NCBI GenBank assembly: GCA_951406725.2
Contig: OX597830.1
Location: 11,036,001-11,100,000 of the forward strand
Source: Octopus vulgaris
Lineage: Eukaryota
DNA length: 64,000 nt
Direction of reading: 5' to 3'
Positions 29,355 to 43,020 of the stretch are shown one piece after another; position 1 is the first letter of the stretch; each line of letters starts with the position of its first letter. Below the pieces are notes generated by a model that was not told the DNA's origin, did no database searches, and saw nothing but the letters and a program-made list of their open reading frames with translations. The position numbers and the translations under genes are program-made.

Positions 29355-29433
29355 CACACATATATATATATACATACACACACATGTATACATATACATG
29401 TATATATATATATACACACATATATACACACAC

Positions 29434-29466
<33 letters not shown>

Positions 29467-29703
29467 TGTATGTATGTATGTATGTATGTATGTATGTGTG
29501 CATGTGTGTGTCTATGTATGTATAGTATAATATTCACGTACAAGTATGCGTACGCTTATGCAAATTTACGTTTCATTTTCCATAACAGTTCATTTGCACT
29601 AAGCGCCTATATACCTGCACGTCACATGAATCATATACAAACACACTCACTCACGTATACATACGCTCATGTGTGCGCGCGATTGTGTGTATGCATGCCT
29701 GCC

Positions 29704-29751
<48 letters not shown>

Positions 29752-29813
29752 GATTCTTAAGAATAACTACACTTTAACACAACCAGAGAGTAAGAAACGA
29801 AACGAATACATTG

Positions 29814-29859
<46 letters not shown>

Positions 29860-30320
29860 ATATATATATTCTATGTTTTATTTATTTCTTATTGACAAAT
29901 ATGTCACTGAGCAAATTTTCTGTTCTCTCTATAAATGTGATTCTTAATACAAACCACGGCATTGCTTGCTGTTTGCCGACAGCTGTTCCCTTGCCTTACG
30001 AATGCATATTTTTGATTCACTGTAAATTAACACCTTATATTGATAGATGGCAAGCTGTTATTGCAGTATAGCTAATACCGTGGCCGCCATATTTTGTCTC
30101 CTTTTCGTTTCTTCTTGTTTTTCCCTGTGGATCTTTTTCTTTTTACCTCTTTTTTTTTTATGCAAAAGCACTAACAGAGCTTGCAGTGTTAAATCTTGTA
30201 AGATATGGTATTTTATGTGTTCAAAAGAGTTATGAATTGTCTGTGTGTGTGTTTGTATATGAGCGTTCACATATCTTGTAGTTATACGTGTATCAACACA
30301 CGTACAAGAGTGCATATCAT

Positions 30321-30384
<64 letters not shown>

Positions 30385-31101
30385 TATATTTCAAGATGAC
30401 GACTTCCATGAATCGGTTTTCTTCTGTTATATTTAATTATTTTACAATGGGATTAATTCGTTCTTATAATGCAAAAGACTTGATCTGTGATTCTTTATTA
30501 ACTGATTAATGCCCTTCTGTCTCAATCCCTGCCTCTCCCTTTATCTCTCTATCTATCTATTTCTCTCCCCATATACCTGCCTCACTCTCTCTCTCTTTCT
30601 TTCTACCCCTCTCTATTGCACTCATACACGTTTCCTTTCTCTAATCGCTTCTCCATAGACGAGCAGTTTACATACACACACAAATGCACATCTGACTTCA
30701 CTTAATATGTCTCATAAATCTCACTTATTCTTTTTATTATATAACATGTTTCAGAAACCGTCTTATGGGGTAATGCAGCACGCATTCGTACGTACATACA
30801 TACATACATACATACATACATACATACATACATACATACATACACACATACATACATACATACATACATACATACATACATACATACATACATACATACA
30901 TACATACGTACATACATGCATACATACATACATAGGTGCGTTGGTACATGCATAACAATAAGCGAGTCTAGCAACATTTCATTCAACAGCCTTACTGTTC
31001 CATCGATATTTCATGTAGAATGCTACATGTTTTTATGAATGTCTGAAAACTCTTCCATGATAGAACATGTAGCAAACCCCTAATCACAGAGAAACAGACA
31101 G

Positions 31102-31148
<47 letters not shown>

Positions 31149-31241
31149 ATATATAAAATATATGCATAAATACATATATATATGTACGTACCTACATCTA
31201 CATGTATATATACATTATATATATATATATATATATGTGTG

Positions 31242-31323
<82 letters not shown>

Positions 31324-31601
31324 TACAGGACACCACAAATAAACGTAGAACTCAACGAGAAACGAAAACGTAAAAACAAACTAGGAAACGGACTTTTTTT
31401 TTAACAACGAAAAAACAGAGTACAAGACAAACAATACAAGGAATATTCCCTTTCATCAGCTGTCCCTGGTTCAACTCAATGCGTGTTTCGAAGGTAAGGA
31501 CAGAACACGATCCGGTCGAACCAATCCTTCCTGCAAAAGAATTAAATAAAATTCCTTTGCAGAGGGGTAAAAACAAGGAAAGAAAAAAATGTGACAAGAA
31601 C

Positions 31602-31671
<70 letters not shown>

Positions 31672-32149
31672 TGCAAGAGTGGTTTTGTGGTAAGTAGCTT
31701 GCTTACCAACCGCATGGTTCCAGGTTCAGTCCCACTGCGTGGAACCTTGGGCAAGTGTCTTCTACTATAGCCTCGGCCCGACAAAAGCCCTGTGAAAGAA
31801 GCTTGTCGTGTGTGTGTGTGTGTGTTTGTGTGTCTGTGATTGTTCTCCCCCCAACATTGCTTGATAACCGATGCTGGTGTGTTTACACCGGTAGAATAAG
31901 TACTAGGCTTACAGAGAATAAGTCCCGGTGTTAGTACCGTTGGTGTTTCGTGCAAAATTCTTAGTGGCATTTCATCAGCCTGAGTTCAAATTTATGGTCT
32001 GAGTTCAAATTCCGCCAAGGTCGATTTTTGCTTTTGCTCTTTTGGGGTCGATAAAATATGTACCAATTTAACACTGAGGTCGATGTAATCGACTTAACTC
32101 ATGTTCCAAGATTGCTGGCCTTGTGCCAAAACTTGAAATCAATATTACA

Positions 32150-32800
32150 ATGCTAGAATAGCTCCTTCTTATATACAACTACCACAGCTCCTTCTAATAT
32201 AGTGTGTACCTAGCAACAAGGGCTACCATTGGTCTCTAACATAATTTGTAGCTACTTATACAGGGTTACCTTTACTCTTTTATACAGCATGTGCCTAGCA
32301 AATACATCGCTAAAATTGCCCTGTTTCATAGTCTACCCCTAGTAATACAGAGCTAATATAGCTCCCTTTCTTACTCTATACCTCCTAACAAAGGGTTAAC
32401 ATTCACTCTAACATATTCTGTACCTAGTAATACAGGGCTAACATAGCCTCGCCTTACCCAAATAATAAAGGGCTGTCGTAGTTCCCTCTAACATATTCTA
32501 CACCTAGTAATACGGGGTGTCCATAAATTACCTTTACAATATAAAACATTCAGAAAGAATTTAAAATAAGGAATAACTCAGCAGAGTGTATTGAAAAACA
32601 TAGGCCAAAACATAAAGTTTTATAAAAACTTCAGCAGACTTCCTCGATGTGTTTGTTGGTTCCACGCAATAAATAGCTACAACAAATAGTGGAAGCTGTT
32701 AAGAGAATTTATGGTCACCCTGTACAGAGCGAGGAATACACCCCTTTTGTGTAGTCAGTGCTCTGTACACCAGGGCTACCATAGTCCCACTAACATCATT
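32150..32800. repeat. Degenerate ~40-bp minisatellite (tacctagtaatacagggctaccatag..ctctaacata) interrupted by a MITE
   Basis: Motif recurs in 32150-32510 and resumes after 32724. Confidence 0.7.
32513..32722. mobile_element. Tc1/mariner-type MITE (210 bp)
   Basis: TA|cggggtgtccataaatt ... aatttatggtcaccctg|TA. Confidence 0.8.
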
Positions 32801-32827
32801 TGCACACAGCCTTAATAGTTTTGGAGT

Positions 32828-33204
32828 GGAGGCGCAATGGCCCAGTGGTTAGGGTAGCGGACTCGCGGTCATAGGATCGCGGTTTCGATTCCCAGACCGG
32901 GCGTTGTGAGTGTTTATTGAGCGACAACACCTAAAGCTCCACGAGGCTCCGGCAGGGGATGGTGGTGATCCCTGCTGTACTCTTTCACCACAACTTTCTC
33001 TCACTCTTACTTCCTGTTTCTGTTGTACCTGTATTTCAAAGGGCCGGCCTTGTCACTCTCTGTGTCACGCTGAATATCCCCGAGAACTACGTTAAGGGTA
33101 CACGTGTCTGTGGAGTGCTCAGCCACTTACACGTTAATTTCACGAGCAGGCTGTTCCGTTGATTCGGATCAACCGGAACCCTCGTCGTCGGAACCGACGG
33201 AGTG
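32828..33204 (+). mobile_element. tRNA(Arg)-like SINE, family C, full length
   Basis: ggaggcgcaatggcccagtggttagggtagcggactcgcggtc..ggtttcgattccc head; body shared with 5355 and 22296. Confidence 0.9.
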
Positions 33205-33557
33205 CTTCCATCCAATAGTTTTGAAATTTTAGGGGTTTTGTTTTTTTTTAACAAATCGGAAATCAATATATACTGCACGTCCCACGGTTTTTATAGCACC
33301 ACGTGGATTTACTTTATTTTCTTGTCGTCTTTTTCACCTTTTCCTCGCTTTCATCACCACCATCACCACCATCATAATCATCATCGTCATTATGTTTTAT
33401 CCACTTCTACATTATCCTGCTTTTCGCCTTTGCCTTTTCCTTTTCCTATTTTTCACCTCCTCCTCCTCCTCCTCTTCCTCTTCCTCTTCCCCCTGTCTTC
33501 CCTTTAATCTCCATTAATGTCTTTTTTTTTCTTCCCTTTCTTTTCCTTCTATTTCAG

Positions 33558-33637
33558 AGCCACTTTTCCATACTCCGAGCTGCTAGCATCCTAGGCATTG
33601 GCACAGATAACTTAGTTAAAATTAGCTGTGATCATAG
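33558..33637 (+). CDS. GAD: Glutamate decarboxylase, internal exon (80 bp, phase 0 to 2)
   Basis: Pyrimidine tract + ttctatttcAG|AGC CAC TTT TCC ... GAT CAT AG|GTaaga. Encodes SHFSILRAASILGIGTDNLVKISCDH(R), matching the GAD motif SH(Y/F)S..AA..LG.GTDN. Joins 51758 in frame. Confidence 0.95.
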
Positions 33638-33685
33638 GTAAGACAATATTGTTGTTGGTGTTGTTGTTATTCTATATATGCATGT

Positions 33686-33897
33686 GCGAGCTGGCAGACA
33701 CGTTAGCACGCCGGACGAAATGCTTAGCGGTATTTCGTCTGCTGCTACGTTCTGAGTTCAAATTCCGCCGAGGTCGGCTTTGCCTTTCATCCTTTCGGGG
33801 TCGATAAATTAAGTACCAGTTACGCACTGGGGTCGATATAATCGACTTAATCCGTTTGTCCTCTCTGTGTTTAGCCCCTTGTGGGTAGTAAGGAAAT
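33686..33897 (+). mobile_element. SINE family A (Tx1-like tail), ~50 bp downstream of a GAD donor
   Basis: Core plus tail tttgtcctctctgtgtttagccccttgtgggtagtaaggaaat. Confidence 0.88.
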
Positions 33898-33935
33898 ATA
33901 TATATGCATGTGCCTGTATGTCTGTATATGTTAAC

Positions 33936-33993
<58 letters not shown>

Positions 33994-34101
33994 AGAATTC
34001 AGAAACTTCGACTTATTCTGTCCCAAGGGTGATTTTTACCCAGGATTTACATGTTATTACTTATAGCATTATCTGCTTCAAATTCAACCGTTAAAAGCGA
34101 A

Positions 34102-34148
<47 letters not shown>

Positions 34149-34520
34149 ATATATATATGTGTGTGTATATATATGTGTGTGTATATATATGTGTGTGTAT
34201 GTGTGTGTATATATATATGTGTGTGTATGTGTGTGTATATGTGTGTGTGCATATATATATATGTGTGTGTGTATGTATATATATACATATGTGTATATAT
34301 ATGTATGTATATGTGTATGTATGTATGCATATATATATTATATACATCTATACATTATATGCATATATATATATATATATTAAGTATGTGTATATATATA
34401 TGTGTATATATATGTATATATACACACACGCACGTTTATATCATACATTTCAGGGCTAACGTAACCATCGTACATAAACCGTACCCATTAATGAATTTTG
34501 AGCCTAGGGCAAGGCTGCCA

Positions 34521-34930
34521 AAGGCGGCGAACTGGCAAAAACCTTAAGCACGCCGGGTGAAATACTTAGTGGTATTACGTCCGTCTTTACGTTCTCAGTT
34601 CACATTCCGCCGAGGTCGACTTTGCCTTTCATCCTTTCAGAGTCGATAAATTAAGTACCAGTTGCGTACTGGATTCGATCTAATCGACTGGGCCCGTCCC
34701 CCAAAATTTTGGGCCTTGTGCCAATAGTAGAAAAGAATCATTAACACGCTGGATGAAATGCTTAGCAGTATTTCGTCCGTCTTTATGTTCTGAATTCAAA
34801 TTCCGCCGAGGTCGACTTTGCCTTTCATCCTTTCGGAGTTTTAAAATACATGAAAATCGAACACTGAGGTCGATGAAACTGACTTGCTTCCTACCCTAAA
34901 GTTGCTGGCCTTGTGCCAAAATTTGAAACT
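34521..34930 (+). mobile_element. SINE family A dimer
   Basis: Two cores in tandem; further family A copies at 31940-32145, 35965-36182, 38510-38715 and 48393-48622 (-). Confidence 0.85.
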
Positions 34931-35151
34931 ACCAAATCTTTCCACATTCCAGAAGCTATTAGTTAGCATTATAAAAAGGCGGTAATTTTTGCTTCAGATC
35001 GCACAGCCGTAATTTGAGAGGTACAGAGCTCAATTCTCGGTAGAGGTTTGCTTAACACTTTTTATTCCATCTTGTAAGTGCATTTGCCTAATTTTCTAAG
35101 CTGTCTTCCAGAATTCCTTTATTTTCTGTATATGTATATATACATACATAT

Positions 35152-35216
<65 letters not shown>

Positions 35217-35219
<3 letters not shown>

Positions 35220-35588
35220 AGCTTAAAAACCACACTCCATGCGGACTTTTAAGCTAGATCCTACGGAGTGCTAATTGGACCGACGAACCAAAACTAAAAA
35301 GAGAAATAATAATAAATCATTTATCGGTACCCTACCAAATATGGTATTACTTTAAATTCAGTTTAGCTAAAAAGAAATTGTTAAGAAACTTTTCCTGTTC
35401 TTTTAAAATTTGAGTTTTCAACTGTTGGCATTTATAACAAATGGATATTCAAGAACCAAATGAAGGACAAAGTTTCAATCCCGGGATCATCCTGATTCCA
35501 AAAAAGTATGTCTATGTAGAGCTAATGTAGATTGAGATACAGAGGTCCCAGACAGACAGACAGAATTTCGCATTCCTTATTATAGATA
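35217..35588 (-). mobile_element. Putative non-autonomous Helitron-like element
   Basis: Minus strand starts TCTATAATAAAGG with (GTCT)n near the 5' end and ends CTGG|T within (TA)n. Confidence 0.45.
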
Positions 35589-35691
35589 TATTTCCTTTAT
35601 CCATTCATTGTGTTAAGCAGGAAATGTGTCGGAGGATGAAATAAGTTGAGAAACTCAGAGTTTAACATCTTTCTGTCCTTTTCTATTTCAG

Positions 35692-35807
35692 AGTCACTTT
35701 TCTATGCTCCGAGCTGCTATTGATGTAAAATGACTTTGGGTCCTAATATCAGCAGTTCTTTTCTGTTAAATCTTAAAATGTATTGTTTCTCATAGGGAAT
35801 GGAATCT
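35692..35807 (+). pseudogene. Decayed duplicate of the GAD 80-bp exon (pseudo-exon or candidate poison exon)
   Basis: Same 11-nt acceptor ttctatttcag, then AGT CAC TTT TCT ATG CTC CGA GCT GCT (SHFSMLRAA vs SHFSILRAA). In-frame TGA at 35731 and TAA at 35767, in-frame CAT AG at 35791, GTAAGA at 35808. Confidence 0.75.
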
Positions 35808-37242
35808 GTAAGAAATGAAAAAAGAGGGGATGGACAATTGCTATGTTTAACAAAAGAATTAGGATGGTTTTAAACTGATTAAAGTTATTCAACCCCATCG
35901 GGACGAAAGAAAAATTTATAATTCGACCTGTATTTTGCCTTCTCATTTATAAATAAGTATTAATGGCGGTGAGATGGCAGAATCATTACCATGCGGGGAC
36001 AAAATGCTTAGCGCCATTTCTTCCAGCTTTTCGTTCCGAGTTCTAATTCTACTGGGGTCAACTTTGCCTTTCACCTTTCCGCGGCTGATAAAATAAGTAT
36101 CAGATGAGTAACGGGGTCGATGTAGTCTGTTAGCCCCTCCTCCGAAAAAATGTTCAAGCTTTATGCTCATAGTAGAAAGATATTCCAGAATGGTAGCCCA
36201 AAATGTCTCTAATGGTAGCCAAAAATTTCTCTAAATATTGGGGCGAATCTGGGGGTTTTATGCAGTTTGGGAACCGCTTGGCTATTCAGTATGTGAGAAG
36301 TTACCGTTTTGTCTTAGGGTACCACTTTTTTATGGTGTCGTATAGAGGAAACGTCACGACAAACGGCGTGTCTTGGGCTTTCAAAGCCTGACCACAAATG
36401 ATTTAAGAAGAACTGAGTACAGTTCATGACTGGTACTTTACAAACCCGAAAGAATGAAAACTGAATTAAATCCTCAGTGGAATTTCAACTCAGAGAGCAA
36501 AGAGCAAAAACGAATGGCCGACAGGGCAACCTACACAACGCTGTGGCAACTCTGCAAATTCGCTGCGTGTGAGTGGGACATTTAGCAGAAATGGTAATTA
36601 AAGAGATCATTCAAAAACTAATTAAGTCTGAGTTGTTGACGTGATTCCAATCAACAGTTACATCTGTTTCATTCCACTGTTTCAGCAGAGAATACGAAGT
36701 GGAAGACTGTCAGCTTTGCTTATGCAGTTCCGAAGAATTTAATGAAAAAAAAGGAAAAAAAAAAAACAAAGGAATGGGATATTCCTGTGTTTGATTGAGT
36801 GACTCCAATAATTGCAGGATTTGTTGAAGAACATTTTGCAGCTGTTTTCTCGGAAATACCTTGATATTTCCACAACAGAAGAATTACGGTTTCATTTCTG
36901 TGACTCCGATCTTGGTGTGATCTTTACAAAATAATCTGCAACGGAATCATCCACCATTCTGTCTTATTTCTGACACTGTATACGATACGTTTGGAAGTGG
37001 GGGTGGAGCTCGGTGAGGGAGCGGCTTTATTTCCTTCACAAAAATAAATCCATGTTGATTTGGTGGTGATGGTGGTGGTGATGGTGTTGGTGGTGTTGGT
37101 GATATTTATGTATTTCTGTTTCATAATATGACAAATTAGTTTTCATACGTGCGTGTGTCTATATGGCTGAAGTGTGTATGTATGTATGTATGTAGATAGA
37201 TAAAAATTATGATAAACATACGTTTATATGTACGTATACAGG

Positions 37243-37381
<139 letters not shown>

Positions 37382-37514
37382 ATCTGTGTGCATGCGTGCG
37401 TGTGTATGCATGTATGTTTGTATGTGTAAGGATAAACAGATACACATACATGAATACAAATGTATGCATATAGGCAACGTACACCTATGCACATATATGC
37501 ATATATGCACAACC

Positions 37515-37550
<36 letters not shown>

Positions 37551-37603
37551 CATACAAACACACACACGCGCAAATACATGCTTACCTATACACTCAAATG
37601 CTT

Positions 37604-37682
<79 letters not shown>

Positions 37683-37826
37683 CATGGATAGATGGATTAT
37701 GGATGGATGGATATATGGATTATGGATGGATGGATGATAGATAGATGGATGGATGGATAGATAGATAGATAGATAGATAGATACATGGATAGATGGATAG
37801 GTAGATGGATGGATGGATGGATAGAT

Positions 37827-37867
<41 letters not shown>

Positions 37868-37897
37868 CATACATACATACATACATACATACATACA

Positions 37898-37930
<33 letters not shown>

Positions 37931-38383
37931 GCATACATACATACATACATAGAAACACAAACGTCGCGCGCGTACAGATAAACACGCTCGTACGAGCACA
38001 CGTGTACAGCCATTATATTACATTATATAAATGTATTTCTGTATTGAAACATTAGTGTGTAAGTTTGTAAACCTGCTTCGATCAGTTTGATTTCTTCCGA
38101 ACAAGGGAAAGAGAAATAAGAAAAAAATCTGTATTCTGAATGGAAAAATTGTTTAAAAAGAAGGGGGAAAAAAGGCAAACAGAAACTCAACTCGATTCGA
38201 TCGAAAATTTTAATAGGAGGGGAAGGCTTAATTTAAAATTGTGGTGGTTTAATTCCATATATATAGGAAAAAAGAAACCTCAGTCGTTTAATGTTCAGCA
38301 TTGGTAATTGCAATAAAAAGGGTGAGAGAGGATGATTGCCTAATATGGAAGCGAACTGTAGAAATAAGCGAAAAACATGTTAC

Positions 38384-38441
<58 letters not shown>

Positions 38442-38786
38442 GTTATTATTATTATTATTATTAATAATAATGATAATAATAATAATAATGATAATAATAA
38501 TAATAATTGGTAGAATCGTTGCTGCGCCGGGCGAAATACTTAGCGGTATTACGTCTGACTTTACGTTCTGAGTTCAAATTCCGCCGAGGTCGACTTTGCC
38601 TTTCATCCTTTCGGGGTCGAGGTCGATAAATTAAGTACCAGTTGCGTACTGGGGTCGATCTAATCGACTGTTCCCTCACCCAAAATTTCGGGCCTTGTGC
38701 TTTGAGTAGAAAAGTTTACTGTTATTATTATTATTATTATTACATTTTGGTAGAATCGTTGCCGCCAGGCGAAATTCTTAGCGGTC

Positions 38787-39190
38787 AATCAATAATCAGA
38801 CTTTATTGCTTTTGGTCTTTCCCAACAATATCTGGTTTATTTGCATTGATGGTCCCATCTCTACATATTGGGAAGTCCCAAAAATCGTTACATTTTCTCT
38901 CTTAGTTACAGCCTCGGGGTGGTGCTCGTACCATTTGTCAGCAGTTTTGATTTTATAATGCCAACGCATTATCCAGTGTAGATATTGGCCAAATCTGTCA
39001 TGTCTTGATTTGTACTCTACAGGTTCTGTCAGGTTGCTCAGGTAGCTCTCGAGAGCTACTGGTAACATGTAACCCAGTACAACCTGTCGCATGGTCGGGT
39101 CGTCGGCGACTAAACACTTTCCACTTCTCCAAGCTGTTTACACATCAGGCACTGTGTCTCATCGGATCATGGATTCTGGCAATTTAAAGA
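38787..39190 (-). mobile_element. Second R4/Dong-like RLE retrotransposon fragment
   Basis: EYKSRHDRFGQYLHW..KWYEHHPEAV..WDFPI..ANKPDIV; same domain as 3445-4460. Confidence 0.8.
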
Positions 39191-39820
39191 GATTCTCATC
39201 TCTAAATCAGACACAATAATATACAGGCATCAGACTGCGGTCGTATTGGGGAACCGATTTGAGATGTTGTGTCGAACAAATTGACTCAAGTACTTTTTTT
39301 GTTTTTTTCTAAGCCCGGTACCAATTCTGTCGGACCCTTTTTGCCGAACCGCCAACTTACGGCGACGTAAACAAACCAAAACCGGTTGATAAGCAGTGGT
39401 AAATATAGGGATACAAAGACACACACGCACAAACATACACACATACACTCACATATAACACAAACACACACACTCATATATTGTGTTTATATATACATAT
39501 ATCACCGAGATCACCGTGACCGACGAGGCTCTCAGATGTTGTTACACATCGCTGGTCACAATGCGCTTCGCACTGTCTTAGCCGTAAATTACGCCACCCC
39601 GCTGGCTAAGCGAGCAGGCCAACAGTGAGAGAAAGTTGTGGCGAAAGAGTACAGCAGGGTTCGCCACCACCCCCTGCCGGAGCCTCGTGGAGCTTTAGGT
39701 GTTTTCGCTCAATAAACACTCACAACGTCCGGTCTGGGAATCGAAACCGCGATCCTCCGACAGCGAGTCCGCTGCCCTAACCACTGGGCCATTGCGCCTC
39801 CATATACATATATACATATG

Positions 39821-39855
<35 letters not shown>

Positions 39856-41091
39856 GTATATATATGTATATATATGTATGTATATATATATGTGTATGTA
39901 TGTATATGAATGTATGTATATATATATATGTATGCATGTATATGTATATATATATATGTATATATGTGTGTGTGTGTGTATAGAAGAAAAAGAGGTTTAT
40001 GGAAGGGAGATAATAATGGTGATCCCAACGAACTAAAGTGCAAGAGCGTGTGTGAGTGTATGTGAGAATGGTGTGTTTGAGTGTATATGTGTGTATGTCT
40101 GAATGGGGTGAGTGAATCTGCAGCGTGTGTGCGTGTACGTGTGTCACGTGAGTGTGTAACAGTTGACGTGTGCTTTTTGAAGTGGTGTGTACACATGCAT
40201 ATGTGTGTGTGTGTGTGTGTGAGACCAAATAATGTGCATATGTATAGTGTATGTTTTTGGGCGAAAGTTATCTTTGTCTATGCATGTTGCATGTGTGTAT
40301 GTATATATTGTCTGTGTTCAGGTATTATGTGCTTGTGTGTATGTGGGAGTGTTCTTGATGGTGTGTGATGTGTAGTGAGTTAAACAGTGTGTGTGGCTGC
40401 TCGTGTTGTAGTATGTGTGGTGACGCTGTTGAAGATTGTGTATGGGTGGGTAGATAATGGTCTGTGGTGTGGGTGCTCAGAAGCGATCGGCGCGAGCTTC
40501 TTTCTGTTCCTGTCTATCAAATCCATTTACAAGGCTTTGGTCAACTCGGGGGCTATAGTAAAATACACTTTCCCAAGATGCCACACAGTGGATCTGAACC
40601 CGGAACCATGTGGTTGGTAAGCAGATTTCTTACCACCTCCGCCCCACACAGCCACGCCTGCGCCTAAAACTAATCGTATCCTTCCGCAAACAAGACTACA
40701 ATGCCTTAAATCTCTTAATCCCTTCTTGTAAGTAACTCGTGTGTCAGTCCTTAAAGAGCGCTTTTAGGATAATCCGCCATTTTGACCTGAAACAATGAAG
40801 TGTAGTGCGATCAATTAATGTTCGATCAAGCATCAAGGCAGAGGGCGTCCATGCGATCTGGAGAAATAATATCCTAAAGGGTTGATAGAGAATGTGATAA
40901 GCACAGGGATAAAGTGGACGTTCCGTTTCTCGAAGTATACATACATACATTTTTATATACCCACATACATGCATATATAGAAATATATATATATATATAT
41001 ATATATACCCACATGCATGCATACACATACATAGATATATAAACATATACATACATATATACATTCAAGCATATATATATATATACACGTA

Positions 41092-41125
<34 letters not shown>

Positions 41126-41427
41126 CACTTTTGTATATATATACATATATACATACATACATACGTAAGTAAATACCTACACACACAGAGACATACAAAC
41201 ACATATACATACATGCATACACAGATACATATATACATATATGCATGCATGCATACGTAGATACCTGCATGCATATATACATACATAAATGTATGCTTAT
41301 ATACATACATACATATATACATACATACATACATACATATGCACTCGTACATATACACACATAGACATGCATATACACATATACATACTCACCACTTCAT
41401 ACCACCATCTTTCATTATCAGCACCAC

Positions 41428-41478
<51 letters not shown>

Positions 41479-41965
41479 CGTCTCACAGAAGGCATCGACA
41501 CGTTTTTTCCGGTTTAAATGGCAGGTATAACATGAAATCTATATTTATTCTCGGATAAGAACCGTTTATTAGAATTCAACTGGAACTGGAACTTGTCAAT
41601 AGTTTAAAGATTTGGCTGGGATAATGGGATAATGGGATAATCAGATTAAATATTTTTTTTTTTCAAAGCTGCAGTTGTTGGCTTTTGGTTTATTGTTTTC
41701 ATTTCTTAAACTTTATCGCAGCTTCTTGGCGAAAATTATGTTTCCACCGATATTTGATTCTTGTTGGTTATAGTGTTAAGTAAAGACAGAAACAAAACTA
41801 TGACCGCTACAACATTAACAGCAACATCAACAGCAACAATAATAACAAGAACTCACTCAAAATTAGCCGCTTCTTCGCTTCTTCAAGCCACCACAACGGA
41901 CCTGCGTTTCGCAACGCTTCCCTCCAGGAATTCGCCCCGCCTCCCCCATCCACCATTAGTCTTAA

Positions 41966-42188
41966 CCCTTTTGATATCAACCCGGCTGAAACTGCTTCTG
42001 GCTCTGTAATACAAATGTCTTGTTTTCAAATGTTCTGAATTAAAATCTTCCATCAAACCTTAGTCACAATTTATATTCCTAACACTAACTTAATGATAAC
42101 TAAGTTATTTTACTAAATTCTTTGTTATATTTAAAATTAATTAAAGGAAACACAGAACATCTCAATAGAAATATGGTAACAAAAAGGG
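41966..42188. mobile_element. piggyBac-like MITE, copy 1
   Basis: TTAA|cccttttgatatca ... tggtaacaaaaaggg|TTAA. Confidence 0.85.
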
Positions 42189-42219
42189 TTAAAATATATA
42201 ATAGAGAAACAATCCTTAA

Positions 42220-42443
42220 CCCTTTTGATACCAACCCGGCTGAAACCGGCTCTGGCTCTGTAGTACAAATGTCTTGTTTTCAAATGTTCTGAATTAAAAT
42301 CTTCCACCAAACCTTACTCACAATTTATATACTTAACACTAGTTGAATGATAACTGAGTTATTTTACTAAATTCTTTGTTATATTTAAAATTAATTGAAA
42401 GAAACACAGAGCATCTCAATAGAAGAAATATGGTAACAAAGGG
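42220..42443. mobile_element. piggyBac-like MITE, copy 2 (direct tandem)
   Basis: TTAA|cccttttgatacca ... tggtaacaaaggg|TTAA; highly similar to copy 1. Confidence 0.85.
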
Positions 42444-42532
42444 TTAAGTAATGACAAAAACAACAGACAACAACAATAACAACATACAAGCATTTAACAA
42501 CATAATAGGCGCAGGAGTGGCTGTGTGGTAAG

Positions 42533-43020
42533 AACCACAGGTCCTCTTTCAGGATGCCAGAAATACGATACGTCACATCCCCAACAAGCCACGTGGGACG
42601 CCTCAAAGATGAAGGGACCCCATACGATATCAAGTGAAGGATCTTAAAGCAGACGGGATCCTATATTGACGGGAGCGGACGCTGCAAGCTTTGCATACAC
42701 TCCCTGCATCCATTTGAAATGCTACCTGCTGCAATCATGGGATTCCCCATTCATCGATGAGACCCGAAAAGGTCCTTACAAACTAAAAGCAACCTAAGGG
42801 CAGAGTTCCCCTTCTTTGGCCTAAAAAGGCCCATCCTCACCGACCCGGATTATTTATTTTTTGTTTACTTACTAACTGACCGTAACGAATTTCTACCTCC
42901 GAGATTGAAAAGCTATATGGCCTTCGGCTTTAGAATCTGACGAGTCGTCCATGGGGCTAAACCCTGATGGATGCGAAACATTTGGCTGCTCTATGACCGG
43001 ACATATACTTTACTGCGTAT
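42533..43020 (+). mobile_element. Penelope-like element 3' fragment: GIY-YIG endonuclease C-terminus plus hammerhead core
   Basis: 42533-42700 reads NHRSSFR...TSHVGRLKDEGTPYDIK*RILKQTGSYIDGSGRCKLCIH (PLE pattern H..SF..W.LK....Y.I.W.IL....Y.....C.LC). CTGACGA (42937) + long stem II + GAAAC (42975), then (TA)n. Confidence 0.75.

Noticed and set aside
32828-32900. tRNA-like sequences (also at 1107, 24529, 39730, 46415)
   Set aside because: They are SINE heads joined to repeat bodies, without a convincing acceptor stem; not called as tRNA genes.
35796-35807. Possible 12-nt microexon (catAG|ggaatggaatct|GTaaga)
   Set aside because: It would insert four residues into a conserved GAD segment and is better explained as the end of the decayed exon duplicate; RNA data would be needed.
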